Shown here piece by piece: positions 13,531 to 26,617 of a stretch of 64,000 bases of DNA. The notes below the pieces were generated by a model. The model had not been told where the DNA came from. It searched no databases and saw only the letters and a program-made list of their open reading frames with translations. The position numbers were made by a program, and so were the translations under genes. The DNA comes from Octopus vulgaris (lineage: Eukaryota): the NCBI GenBank assembly GCA_951406725.2, contig OX597823.1:76508001-76572000 (forward strand), read 5' to 3'. Each line of letters begins with the position of its first letter. The first letter of the stretch is position 1.

Positions 13531-13857
13531 TTAAACCAAATCTCATACATACCAAAATTTAAAGATCTAAAATCTCATAATTTAGCATTTAAATGTTGAA
13601 TTTTAAATTATAACCTTTTAAATAAAAAATTTCAGTACTTATGAACTTTGTTTTTTTTTTCCCCATAATTGATTCCTTTTGTGACACTTCAGCACCCATT
13701 ATAAGATTGTAAGGTATAATAAAGTTATAGTCATGCAAAAAATCACTCATGCAAAACTTGGAGTAACAAAAGCATAAAATCTCAATCTGTAATTGTTGTA
13801 TTGTTAACTCCAGGTTATAATTGAGTACTTTATCCTCACATTTGCTGATATAGACAC

Positions 13858-14190
<333 letters not shown>

Positions 14191-16673
14191 CACATGATGA
14201 GATAGTATAAAATTGCAAAAATATTTGTAATGCTAGCAAACCATATAAATGTTTTCAAATAATTATTATTCTTGTTTTTAATTTCTTTTCCATACATAAC
14301 TTGAAAGTAATTTTTCAGAAAATCTCCATTTGAGTATTGGATCATCAAAACATATAATTTAAATTTTGGGTTTCGTTTTTAAACTCTGAAGTGTTTTAAT
14401 GCTATAAGTTTCTCAAATATAAAAATATTTTCTGAAATATTGAATCATGAAAAGAAAACAAAAATTATGTTAAATTAATGTTCAATTTGAGAAAAAAAAA
14501 GTCAATTGCATTTTATCAGAAATTATTTACCAAAGTTGAGAAGCAAATATTTGAAATAATTATTTGTTGTAAAAAGTATTACATTATATTCTATTTAAAA
14601 ATCTGTTTAAAAATTCAGGAAGCTGATGTTTATTTAAAATATTTTAAAACACACGCATACACACATACATCATTCACTTACACAATCATGGATCTCTCCA
14701 TCTTCATATGCTACTACCGTCCACCACTTTCACAAACTCTCCTATTCCTTCTTCTCAGTCACTTAGATATCTGCTCCTCTCTTTCCCAGCACTTCCTTTC
14801 TCTCTCACTCTCTCTCTCTCTCTTCTATGAGTCTATCTTCCATCACTCTGCCTTCCCCTCTCCTGGATGAAAGGAAAAGTAAGCCATTCACAATATAGAG
14901 GCATGCTAGACTATCAATATAAAACTCGTTACTATACCAAATAGTACCATGGAGACATCATTTAAAATCCTGATAACCTAGGTGCAATATAAATGGCAGA
15001 ACTAGACTACTTCCCTGTAAAACTCTCTACAAAACTAGTGTGGGTGTCTGAACTACACAGTCAACAACTATCCAAAGGCCAAACTGCTACTATAAACCTC
15101 TAGATATCTCAATCTTCTCCCAATTCTGGCATCAAACCAAACATGTTGATCTCTGAGAAGTAACAATAAAGACCAATGGAGAGGAAAGAGGTACATTGCT
15201 CTGGCCCAATAAGATAGAGATTCTCTTCAGTCCAATCATAAATCATTCCCTCAGTACAAGTTATGAAAGGAATAGATGAATACGGACAATGCTGAGAAGA
15301 AAGAAACTTCCTTTAACCTGTACTTTCACCTCTCTATCACTGTGAAGGAACAGAAACAAAGAAGGATAAAACAGTATTGCTGTGGACAAGATTACAACTT
15401 TAGTGGTGGTGCCATGATAAAAGAAACCCAGTTCGTTCTGTAATGGAGGTTTTAGTTAGGAAGAGTACTAAACTGTAGAAGCTAATCATTAAAGGATAGT
15501 CACTTGTTTAATTTCAAGGACAAGAGAAAAATAAAATGTAAACATAAATTGAATTACTTATATAATAAGTTTAGGTAATTTTGAATACATATTAACAATA
15601 ATTTAGACTACCAATTATATAGTCAAAATTAGTAATTTAGTAATAGTATAACGAGGATATTTTAGCTGTAGATTATGCAAGTTACGTACATTACTAGAAT
15701 ATAACTTAACAAAGAGGTTAATTACGAAGAACAAATAGATTGGTGAATATATAACAATTAGCAGACAGAAAATGTATTCTAGTGATTTTGCATAACGTTT
15801 TAGTTTTACATAAATATAAATTTAGAAATAATCCCCAGTAAATGCTATATCACATCGCAGTTATCTTTTTTTTATCTTTTTTTTTTAATTATTTTTTGGT
15901 TAAAATACGTATTACTGCATAATTCCCTTGCAGTAATAATTTATGTCAGATTTATAATTAACAGAATTTTTTTTACAACGCCAAATTTTAGTTTAACGGT
16001 TAAAATTTCAATTTGCAAAGTTATAATACATAGTTCTACTTATCAGTCCTAAAATTATCATTTACGTATTGATTTAAAGTTATAAAATTCTTGTAACAAT
16101 AAAACTTTTGTTAATTTTTAAACATGATTTTAGTATAATTTTAGTCTAGTATAATTTTAATTCCAAATTTGCAAATTATAAATTTTATATTATAAGTTTA
16201 ATTTTTAGTTTAACGTATAAAATTCAATTTAACTGACATAAATAACGTTTTTACTGTTCATAAAATCCAGTAAATTTTATTTGGTTACTTATTTATCTAA
16301 ATAAATTAACCACGGAAATTAATTTTTATTCCTTCATATATATATATATATATATATATATTTTACTGTTTTTAATATTTGATGTATTTTTATAATTATC
16401 TCCCCTACTCAAGAAATCTTAAATAGAGGATAGTATTTTATTTAGTACTGATATTCAATAAATAAGAATTATGTCCCCTACAGGGGAAATCATATAAATA
16501 GAGGAAATAAATTCAGTAACCATCTTTAATTTGTGGAGTTGTCTGGTGCTCATCAAAAAGATATGTCATGCTCATACTTTTCTTTAATATTGTTAAATAT
16601 TATCTATTATTTATAGAGTATAGTGTAATTATTACATCTTCATTTATGTAATAAATTTATTTTATGATATTGA

Positions 16674-16775
16674 GACCTGAAGAGTGGCTATGTAAGGTTG
16701 GATCAAAGAAATGATTTTTGACTATCGATTTTAATAATGTAGATTCGTATACATAGTCACGAAATGTGCGTCGTC
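16674..16775 (+). ncRNA. Minimal type-I hammerhead ribozyme
   Basis: GAC-CTGAAGA-GTGGCTATGTA...TACATAGTCAC-GAAA-TGTGCG-TC-GTC: 11-bp stem II, a stem III interpretable as CpG-decayed ACGCGCGT, a GUC triplet and a 3-bp stem I. Confidence 0.7.
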
Positions 16776-16966
16776 ATTTTAATGAGTATTTTTTTAATGT
16801 GTTTTATTTAGTACAGAAATCTTTAGTAAAATGTTGATAATAATATATTTAAATTTATATAATATCTTTCAGTATTAATTGAATTCGTTTATGGACGTTC
16901 TATCTCTTAATTCTATATATTTATATATGTAGAAGGTTAAAAGGGAACACACAAGTTGATATATAC

Positions 16967-17113
16967 AAGGAAAATAGGGCAGGGTAGAAAATGCTAAAAT
17001 AATTTTATCATGAAGAACATTTTAGTACCGGTTTCAGTCGCAAAGACTGAAACAGGTACTAAAATGTTCTTCATGATAAAATTATTTTAGCTTTTTCTAC
17101 CTTGTCTTATTTT

Positions 17114-17117
<4 letters not shown>
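16967..17117. repeat. Inverted repeat, 73-bp arms, 5-nt loop
   Basis: AAGGAAAATAGGGCAGGGTAGAAAA...GTTTCAGTC / GACTGAAAC...TTTTCCTT; abuts (TA)n. Confidence 0.88.
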
Positions 17118-17183
<66 letters not shown>

Positions 17184-17224
17184 ATATATATGTGTGTGTG
17201 TGTGTGTATATGTATGTATCTAAA

Positions 17225-17437
17225 CAGTAAAGTGAGTTGCCCCCTCAAATTGACAATTGAATGTTATTACTAGTGTAACCCCATGCAGATTCTCTGCCAG
17301 CTGGTTTTGGTGCACTAAAAAACAGTTGGTTGAGAATCTGCCTGGGTTAAACGAATAGTAACATTCAACTACACTTTGATGAGGCATCTCACTTGATGAG
17401 GCATCTCACTTGATGAGGCATCTCCCTTGATGAGGCA
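17225..17437. mobile_element. Palindromic MITE whose right end is amplified as a 17-bp tandem repeat
   Basis: GTGAGTTGCC..TCAAA...GCAGATTCTC / GAGAATCTGC...TTTGATGAGGCATCTCAC forms a ~160-bp imperfect hairpin; TTGATGAGGCATCTCAC is repeated about 3.7 times. Confidence 0.65.
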
Positions 17438-17890
17438 TGCTGGCATGGGTTGGACGGTTTGACTGGGGATTGGTGAGCCAGGTGGTTACATCAGGCTCCA
17501 ATCTGATCTGGCATAGTTTCTACAGCTGGATGCCCTTCCTAACACCAACCACTCCAAGAATGTAGTGGGTGTGTTTACGTGCCACTGGAACGAGAGCCAG
17601 TCAGGCGATGCTAGCAATGGCCACGCTCAAATGGTGTTTTTATGTGTCACCTGCACAGGAGCCAGTCCAGCGGCACTGGTTGAATTTTGTTTTTCACTGC
17701 TCGAATTTTGTTTTTCACGTACCACCGGCACAATTGCCAGCAAACCAATGCTGGTAATGATCATACTCCGATGGTGCTCTAAGCTCTTCTCTAGCACAAA
17801 TGCCAGTCATGCAGTGCTGTCATCGAATTTGATTTCGATTTCACTTGCCTCAACAGGTCTTCGCAAGCAGGGTTTAGTGTCCAATGAAAG
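17435..17890 (-). mobile_element. Repeat family C (tail lost)
   Basis: Reverse complement of family C, including the GAAGACCTGTTGAGGCAAGTGAAATC segment seen at about 1614. Confidence 0.75.
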
Positions 17891-17956
17891 ATATATATAT
17901 ATATATACATACACACACACACACATATATATACATACACATACATATATATATAT

Positions 17957-18145
17957 ATATATAGGATAAGAAAATGGATAAAATAACAATAGGAAACTCG
18001 TGGTTTATGCTGGTATGTCTTTAATTAAATAGGTAAAAAAGAAAGAAGAAGCAGATTCCTTCTTTGTTACCTATTTAATTAAAGACATACCAGCGTAAAC
18101 CACGAGTTTTCTATTGTTATTTTATCTATATTGTTCTCCTATATA
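17957..18145. repeat. Inverted repeat, ~70-85-bp arms
   Basis: GATAAAATAACAATAGGAAACTCGTGGTTTA...AATAGGTAA / TTACCTATT...TAAACCACGAGTTTTCTATTGTTATTTTATC; abuts (TA)n. Confidence 0.88.
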
Positions 18146-19646
18146 ACCTAAACTCCGGTTTACCAACTGAACCACTTGCTACAATACAGCCTTACAAAAA
18201 GCTGTACCTACCCAGCTAATAGCCAGGAGCGACTATGGATTTAATTATCCCTTAGAGATACTAAACCCCTCTAACTTGATATATATTTATATATAATATA
18301 TATATATATATCTTTATGCATACACATAAATATTGTTGATCAGTTGGGATAAGATAATCCATGTGCTTACTTTTGGAAGCACTTCTACAGATAGTAGCTA
18401 TCTGAATATTGCAGAAGAAGAATATCTATACAAGGAACCTATATTTCTGAATAAACAGAAAATCCAGAAATTCCATTTTCATCATAGAGTATGAATAAAA
18501 AGATAAACAAAATATCAGAGTGTGTGATATTACTTTTATTTTTATGGTTGATAATTGTTTCAGCAATTTCACGGTGACTGTTCCCACATCATGTTTATAA
18601 ACTAGATATCTAGTGGTACATGCTATGTATTGTACATACAGAGCTGTCCATGGAATTGTCTCATTAGAAACATTTGTGAAAACAATACACATAAGTAACT
18701 GGTTATCTCACTTAAACAGGAGATATTTAGCACTGATCAGAATGGCGGTGTGCTAAAATTTTAGAATTTTATCAAGGAAAAGAGAAAAAAGAAGAGGAAG
18801 AGAAAAATAGAAATAAAATAGTGAAGAAAATAAGTCACTTGTCTCTGTTATTACCTTATATATAGAGTCAATTAAGTGCCCAGCAAATCTCCCACAGTGT
18901 TAGTCTGCCAGACAGAAAATTGGTCATGGCAGATTGGTACCACTCTGTGATAACAAGTTACTTTTGAGTCATCACTGTTGTATTTCACTTTTTGGACAAT
19001 AGATCTAATGTCTACAGATCAAAAGACAAGTATTTTATTGACCTCAAAGACATACTTGCATTTATACATATAGACAATTAATGCTAACACTTACACATAC
19101 ATACACTCTTATAATGCTGAATACTTATGCATATATGCACACATGCACCAGTCTCTTTTATATTCCGCAAACCAGCGTGTATTTAAATAAGTGGATAAGT
19201 GTGCCCCCACCACACACACATATATATATACATACACAAAAATATGTACACACTCATTAATGCAGTCAAATATTTACATATACACACATATGCGTATGTA
19301 TACCATTTTATATGCCTGTAAATTAACGCTAACATTTGTACATGCATACACACATTAAAACACCTTTGTAATACTATATACATATTTATGTAAGCACTCA
19401 CACATACATGCATACATATATATCCATACATACTCCAAGTGGAAACAAATTCATCTTCACAGATAAATGTATGTGTCTTCATACATACACTCTTATAAAA
19501 AGTCGAACTTATAAATATAGTATATACATATATTTTTTGTCAAAGATATTCCTGTATATACATACTCACATTATATGCTATGGTCTACACATAAGCAAAG
19601 CAATAATCATATCCAGAAGCAACAAACATGTAAAACTCACAAATAC

Positions 19647-19700
<54 letters not shown>

Positions 19701-19703
<3 letters not shown>

Positions 19704-19892
19704 ATCCAAACAAGAAAACACAAAAAACACAACAACGCGAGGACGTGGAACAAATATAGTATTATTGGACGCTCAGGAAAGAAGGGAAGGAGGAGGGTTT
19801 AACGTTTCGAGCGGAGCTCTTCGTCAGAAAGATCCCGAGAAGGGAAGACAGAGGAAAAAAATTGCCAACGGTACTCATGAGGTCACATTTTG

Positions 19893-19893
<1 letters not shown>
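19701..19893 (-). mobile_element. Short hammerhead-bearing repeat (Penelope pLTR-like), copy 1
   Basis: Same family as 24803 and 40376; flanked on both sides by (TA)n. Confidence 0.6.
19797..19830 (-). ncRNA. Minimal hammerhead-like core lacking a proper stem III
   Basis: Minus strand TTT-CTGACGA-A-GAGC-TCC-GCTC-GAAA-CG-TT-AAAC. Confidence 0.55.
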
Positions 19894-19972
<79 letters not shown>

Positions 19973-20310
19973 ATATATATAATGTATGTATGTATATATA
20001 CAGATACACTAGTACATAAATCAATCTTCACATATATTGTCATATACCTTTGCTCAAATATATATATTCATAATATGTACATGATCTCAAATAAAATTAG
20101 AAGGTTGGTTAAATCTGGGCATAAAAGGCCACATAATGTTCAGCTGTAGAAGCTATACATTTGATGACATGGATCAGTAATATATCACAAAATATTAAAT
20201 GTTTACTGTACTTAGATCTGATGATCCTAATTATATTGGTGGAGTGATACACTTAGAAAGTTTTCCTAAATCAGTGCTTTTTATACTTATATACATACAT
20301 ATGTACATGC

Positions 20311-20945
20311 GATAAGCAGTGAAAAAGAGAATACCTACACTGAACTATTGAGAAATTGGCAGTTACTCAATCCAGATTACTAGTTCAGGTTTATACCTGT
20401 AATTATTGGGGCACTAGGATATGTAACATGCTGCCTAAATATCAATCTTGAGAAATCAGGCTTCTTAAAACCAGAAAGGAGAAAGGTAATTCAAAGACTA
20501 CAGGTCCAATCTATCACTGGAACAGTAAAAATCGGTAAAGCTTTCCAGAAGTTTATCATTTAGATATATATGTGCATGTCTAGATATGCAACTATATGCA
20601 TGAGAATACATACATAAAGCAAATCTGCATACATACAAATTTGCATATATACATTCATACATACATACAAAAATACCTTGTTGATGTTGAAATTCCAAGT
20701 CCTGGAGTCAATTTCTTTGACCAAAGACAGTGCTCCAGCATGGCTACAGCCAAATGACTAAAACATGTAAAAGAGTAAAAGAGTAACAGCATCTCTGAGT
20801 AATTTACTCCAGTGATTAGGTTTGCAATATTCTACATAGGTTGAATCTAAGTTAGAAACTTGAAACTAAGTTAGAAACTGGCTCTTTCTCTATTGGTGAG
20901 AAAACTTGAAATAAAACAGAACAATGACATACATAAATACATACA
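20311..20945 (+). mobile_element. Second R4/Dong-like RLE LINE 3' fragment (related subfamily)
   Basis: EKENTYTELLRNWQLLNPDY*FRFIPVIIGALGYVT...QSITGTVKIGKAFQKF is clearly homologous to 5748-6182. Flanked by ACAT repeats; the 3' UTR is interrupted by a 150-bp insertion. Confidence 0.72.
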
Positions 20946-21190
20946 TGGTGGCTGCCCCCTCGTTATCGATGCATGACACAGCCTTAAGACATTTATTGTA
21001 TGGCCGTTGACTCTCAAGAGTTCCTCCACTCATTGATGGGTTTTGTTTTTCATCCCACAGGGTGTCCAACAAACACCCTCCTCATCAAGCAAGCTTGGTG
21101 GGGTTTCCGGTTTAGTCGCCGACGACCGGACCATGCAACAGGTTGTACTGGGTTACATGTTACCAGTAGCACTCGAAAGTGACCTGACAT
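20946..21190 (-). mobile_element. GC-richer ~240-bp insertion between ACAT tracts, possibly an RTE-derived short element
   Basis: CpG-rich island bounded by ACAT repeats; the RTE assignment is inferred from the look of the termini only. Confidence 0.35.
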
Positions 21191-21389
21191 AACATACATA
21201 CATACATACATTACATACATACATACATACATACATACATGCATGCATGCATACATTTCATGCATGTATATGTTCCCTTTGAATCGTGTCTCTTGAAACC
21301 AAGTTTGCCTTCTCTTTTTCACACTTGTTAGGTTGCTAAAATAAGTTCTAAATATATTTATAGAAAGAGTATAATTAATCTTTTCACCT

Positions 21390-21570
21390 ATAGGCACAAG
21401 GCCTGAAATTTGGGGGCAAGTGGATAGTTGATTACTTCAACCCCAGTACTCAAATGGTGCTTATTTCATCGACCCCCAAAGGATGAAAGTCAAAGTTGAC
21501 CTTGGCAGAATTTGAACTCAGAACAGAAAGCCAGCAGAATGCCCCAAGCATTTTCCTCAGTGTACTAATG
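21390..21570 (-). mobile_element. Older SINE B-related copy
   Basis: GGATGAAAGTCAAAGTTGACCTTGGCAGAATTTGAACTCAGAAC; similar older copies at about 9765-9970, 24186-24385 and 43915-44080. Confidence 0.6.
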
Positions 21571-22094
21571 ATAATTAATGAAAACCTTTCGCAATTGAAG
21601 CCTCAGGATGGCTGCAGTCGAATGACTGAAACCTTTTAAAAAAACGAGAAAATATAATGTAAAATTCTTTAGACTTCTATAAGCAATCTGTGTATCAAAT
21701 CAAGTGTTTAACCTTCAACTTTTAATATCCTTTATCAAATCCACTTAACATCTCATTAAGAGACTGTATATGTGAGGTGTAGTCCTTCAGCTTGAGAGAG
21801 CAGTGACTCTGAATAAGGGCTGCATTGTTCAAACCATGAAACCTTACAAGCAAACGTAAATGAATAATGGGAAAGATGGTGATGGAAATGACGATGGTGG
21901 TAGTAGTGATAGTAATGATGATGCTATGAAGAATGAATAAATAGCTGTACAGAACTGTCATCTTAATTCACAGTGTGAGCCAATAATCATCACACTGGTT
22001 GACCACAAATGCTAAGGAAGTTTTTTAACAGTCATTTGACCAGGACACAAATTTTTGTGCAAGCTTAACCTTAATGTCTTTCACAAGGTAAACA

Positions 22095-22443
22095 TAGGCA
22101 TAGATGTGGCTGTGTGGTAAGTAGCTTGCTTACGAACCACATGGTTCTGAGTTCAGTCCCACTACGTGGCACTTGGGGAAGTGTCTTCTACTATAGCCTT
22201 GGGTCGACCAAAGTCTTGTGAGTTGATTTGGTATATACATATATATATTTATGTGTGTGTTTTTGTGTTTGTGTGTGTCCCCACCACCATTGCTTGACAA
22301 CTGATGTTTAGCAAAAGAGACCAATAAAATAAGTACTAGGCTTACAAAGACCAAGTCCTGGAGTCAATTTCTTTGACCAAAGACAGTGCTCCAGCATGGC
22401 TACAGTCAAATGACTAAAACGTGTAAAAGAGTAAAAGAGTAAC
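22095..22443 (+). mobile_element. SINE family A
   Basis: Family A head and GTAAAAGA tail. Confidence 0.8.
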
Positions 22444-23774
22444 AGCATCTCTGAGTAATTTACTCCAGTGATTAGGTTTGCAATATTCTACATAGGTTGA
22501 CACATTTAGTGATCCTCTCATCACTAGTTTGATAAATACAGTGAAATCTTACCTTGAATTTCCCTGAAAAGATCTAAAGAAACTAGAACATATTCAGAGT
22601 TGTCTCCCATATACCATACTTCATGAAATGATTAAAACAATTGTGACTGAAAAAATGTTGTCTTCTCCTCACTATATGAATATTTATAATGATTTAATTT
22701 ATGGTCATTACGCGGAACACGTTAATGCTAACTTTACTATTCCAAATTCTTTATAGTTTTATGTATATTCAAATTGGCAGTGATGTATATCATCTTCATT
22801 CCTTAGCTTTCAGTTCATAATCCTCCGTTCCATCACTGAAACTTCCTACCAGTACACTAAACTAATGCATTGTAATATAACACAGACATATCTCTAAATT
22901 GTCAGTTGCTATGATTCTACAGAGGTCATCAGTCAATGATAAATCATACTTATGTGTGTACCTAAATTGCCTCGGTATAAGCTTCTTTCATGTGAGTATA
23001 ATTAAATAAGAAAGTATGAGAAAATAACATGTTTTAAAATGGTATTACACATGAATTAAATCATAACATGATATCATCATATATGAATTAATAATTCAGA
23101 ATTTTAATTTTTCTTTTATTTTTAATGTACATTGTAATGTCTATTTTCATTTCATTTTACTTCTTTTTGATTTATATGTTCCCCTTTGCTTCAGTATTTT
23201 TTAAAATACAATCTATAATTTATTTTGTGATATTTTAATAGTGTGTAGACAATCTGACGGCACCAAAGTGTACCATTGTGAATACATAAATTATCTTTGG
23301 CTCTCTAAATGATACTTATAAATCTCACCAATTTTTGAAATTGTTAAAAAAATATATTGGATACAGAATATATTTTAGTGCTTTTTCTTTTTTCGAATAT
23401 TGCTATATTTGAAAATATTAAAAAAGCAAAGCTGTATTGATAATTATACAATTATATGTCTATTAGATTTGAAATATCCTTGTCAACAGGGGAATATTTG
23501 TCTTGCATCTATAGAATGTAGCATGCACAAAAGTCAGTAGTAAAGCATCATACTTACATAGCATTGAGGGAGTCTCTACATGGTTAGTTCTTCAAGCCGC
23601 CAGAAATAGAAACCAATTCTCTGTAGATAATGTTGTCTAAGATAAACTGTCAGGAAAAAAAATGAGCAAGCCACAGGTGGAATGTTTTCAGCATAGATTT
23701 GCTCTATAAAGACTGACTTGGAGCTAAATCACACCAACCACCACCACCTCTGTAATACACTTTGTTTTATATAA

Positions 23775-24165
23775 TCTCTCTATATATAAAGCTGAAGTTG
23801 TCTGTGTATGGCAGGTTTGGTAGCCTTCAACTAACACTATCTCTTCCGAGACCCTGCTGCGCAAGTTGACCAAAATTGAGAGTATGATAGAAGAAGGCTT
23901 GCTCTTCCTTCCGTAAAAGAAAAAATTCAAATTGGACCATGTTAACACCAAAAATTATTTACATCAAAAAGGTGCATTTCTTCTATGAAAAGCTATTTGT
24001 TACGATTTTTTGACTGCTGTGTCGCCATTTTTGCAGTGTACTTCAACCAGAAAAATGTTCACTTAAAGAGAATAACAAGCTACATAATGCAAAATTTTTA
24101 CTTTTCAAAAATTCCAATTCTAAAGGGTCGAAACAAACCTGATCAACGCCGGGTGATACTGCTAG
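23775..24165 (+). mobile_element. Non-autonomous Helitron
   Basis: 5' A|TC..TCTATATATAAA, a subterminal GC hairpin (ACCTG-ATCAACGC-CGGGT) and a 3' CTAG|T terminus; no TSD. Confidence 0.75.
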
Positions 24166-24802
24166 TATTAGATATATATACAAATGGCGGTGAGCTGGCA
24201 GAATTGTATTCACATTGAACAAAACGATTAGCAACATTTCTTCCAACCCTTTATGTTCTGATTTCAAATCCTGCCATGGTTAACTTTGCTTTTTATCCCT
24301 TCAAGATCAATGAAATAAGGTATCACTCAAGTACTGAAGTTGGTACAATCAACTTGTCCTCTCTTCTCAAAATTGCTGGACTTTAACTCTGCAAGGGATC
24401 AGTGTCTGGTTCAAGAAGAATGAGGTGATTTGGGTTAATTAAATGTTATGAAAACTAGAGGCTGTATGGTAAGAAGTTTGCTTTCTGACCACATGGTTCC
24501 AGGTTCAGTCCCATCTTATATATAAATATATCCGTCGCCATGATAGATCGGTAGCCACTACACAAATCTTTTTTCTCTGCTTATTTTCTTCTGTGTCCCT
24601 TTCTGTAGAAGAGTGTGGGCTTGGAATGTAATTCCTGAGCATTATACTAATACATCTGTTTGTTTTGTACACCACCTGTCTTCGTCTTTTGTTTTTTTCG
24701 TGAACTCTCTCCTATATATATATACATACATGTATGTATATATATATATACATGTGTGTATATATATACATATATATATATATATATGTATGTATATATA
24801 TG

Positions 24803-25020
24803 GTTAATCCAAACATGAAAACACAAAGAGAAAACACAACAACGTGAGGACGTGGAACAAATATAGTATTATTGGACACTCTGGAAGGAAGAGAAGAAGG
24901 AGGGTTTTACAATTCGAGCGGAGCTCTTCATCAGAAACATAGGAAAAGGAAAGATCCAGAGAAGGGAAGACGGAGGAAAAACAAAATAACCAACGGTACA
25001 TATGCGGTCACATCTTGAAT
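24803..25020 (-). mobile_element. Short hammerhead-bearing repeat (Penelope pLTR-like), copy 2
   Basis: Homologous to 19701-19893. Core CTGATGAAGAGCTCCGCTCGAATTGTA, with GAAAC mutated. Confidence 0.6.
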
Positions 25021-26617
25021 GACCGGAAGGAAATGGGTGAAGAAAAGTTCTTTCAAAGACAGGAGAGTGCAAGAGGAGGTATGTGTGTGTAAGTGTGTAT
25101 ATGTGCGTATGCGAAGGTCTGTGAGTGCGTGTGTGTGTATGTGTGCAATGATAACACGTGTGTGTGTGTGTTTGTGGCTGTAAATCTATGTGTGTTGTAG
25201 GGCTTAGTATTGTTTAAGGTCAAGGAAGAAGGAAGTAGGAGTGGCTCTTGTGTCTACCCATGGTCAGTGAGAGGTACTGCTAGTTTGAAGTATGTGTGTG
25301 TATTTGTTATTTGTGTCTGTGTTTCTCCTCCCACTATCACTTGACAACCAATGTTGGTGTGTTTTACGTCCCCGTAACTTAGCGGTTAGGCAAAAGATTC
25401 CGATAGAATAAGTACTAGGCTTACAAGGAATAAGTCCTAGGATCCATTTGTTTGACTAAAGGTAGTGCTCCAGCATGGCCACAGTCAAATTTACTGAAAC
25501 AAGTAAAAGAATTATGAGTCCTGAGGCTTCAGGGAAAAAAAGGAAAGTAAACTTTTACATACAATATGTTCCTCTTCAGACATTCATTGTCAGAATTGTT
25601 AGAAGATTGAACAAAATACTTTGTGGTATTTATTTCAGTTTCTTCATTGAGGATAAATCGGCAATGGTCAACTTCATCTTTCCTCCTCCCAAGGATGAAA
25701 AATAAAGCTCCATTTTATTGCAGTGAATTGGAAGAATTTTCATTAGAAAGGGCATCCAACCATAGAAAATATGCCAAAGTAGACACCAGTGCTTGGCACA
25801 GTCTTTTGACTTGCTCATTTTTGTCGAACTGGACTGCATAGAAAATGGACATAAACCTTCAGCACACTGAAGGTGAATCATGTCACTGTATCAGTTTTTT
25901 CCCTTTTCAATGGGACACAATGTGCCTGCACCTAGAGGAGAGAAAACCCATAGGATGACATGATGTGCCTAAGTGTGCTAAAAATTAAATGATGACGATG
26001 ATGGTGACAATGACAATGACTAAAAGATCAGAAAAGATGCCTAGCACCATTGATCTGGATCTTTACATCCTGGGTTCAAATCTTACAATTGTCTGCTTGA
26101 GTTGTAGATTTTATCTGTCACCTAACTTTACACCACCACCAGGTCCATAAGTACTTTTTTGTGAAGTCCACAATATTGCAAAACATTTAGGTGAAGTGTC
26201 TTGTTTAAGAACACCCTTCTATCTCCTTCCCACCTGTCTTGGGGGCCTGAAAAGCATTAAGAATACTGTCCACCTACTAAACTAAGCAACAAAGAAATTG
26301 TTCACCAATAATGAGAGTATACAAAATATCAGAACTATAATAATATAAAATACCTTGAAATGCTGTTACATTCAAAGAAGTTTTGAAAAACAGAAGTATA
26401 TAGATACAAAAAGTATTTACTTAATGTTTATTTATAATATTTCTGTAAGATACGACAATGTTAAATTATAACATTTCTTTTCTCTCACTATATATTTTCA
26501 TATCTGCTGCGGGCATTTACATTAAGTATATTTTGCGTGTGTGTGTGTGTGTGTGTGTGCTGGTATGGGTGTGATATGTTTGTGTGTGTGGCGTATGTTT
26601 CCATATTAGTATGCAGC

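Noticed and set aside
15480-16600. Possible mitochondrial control-region insertion (NUMT)
   Set aside because: AT-richness alone; no mitochondrial tRNA, rRNA or gene sequence is recognised, and the adjacent hammerhead favours a retroelement origin.
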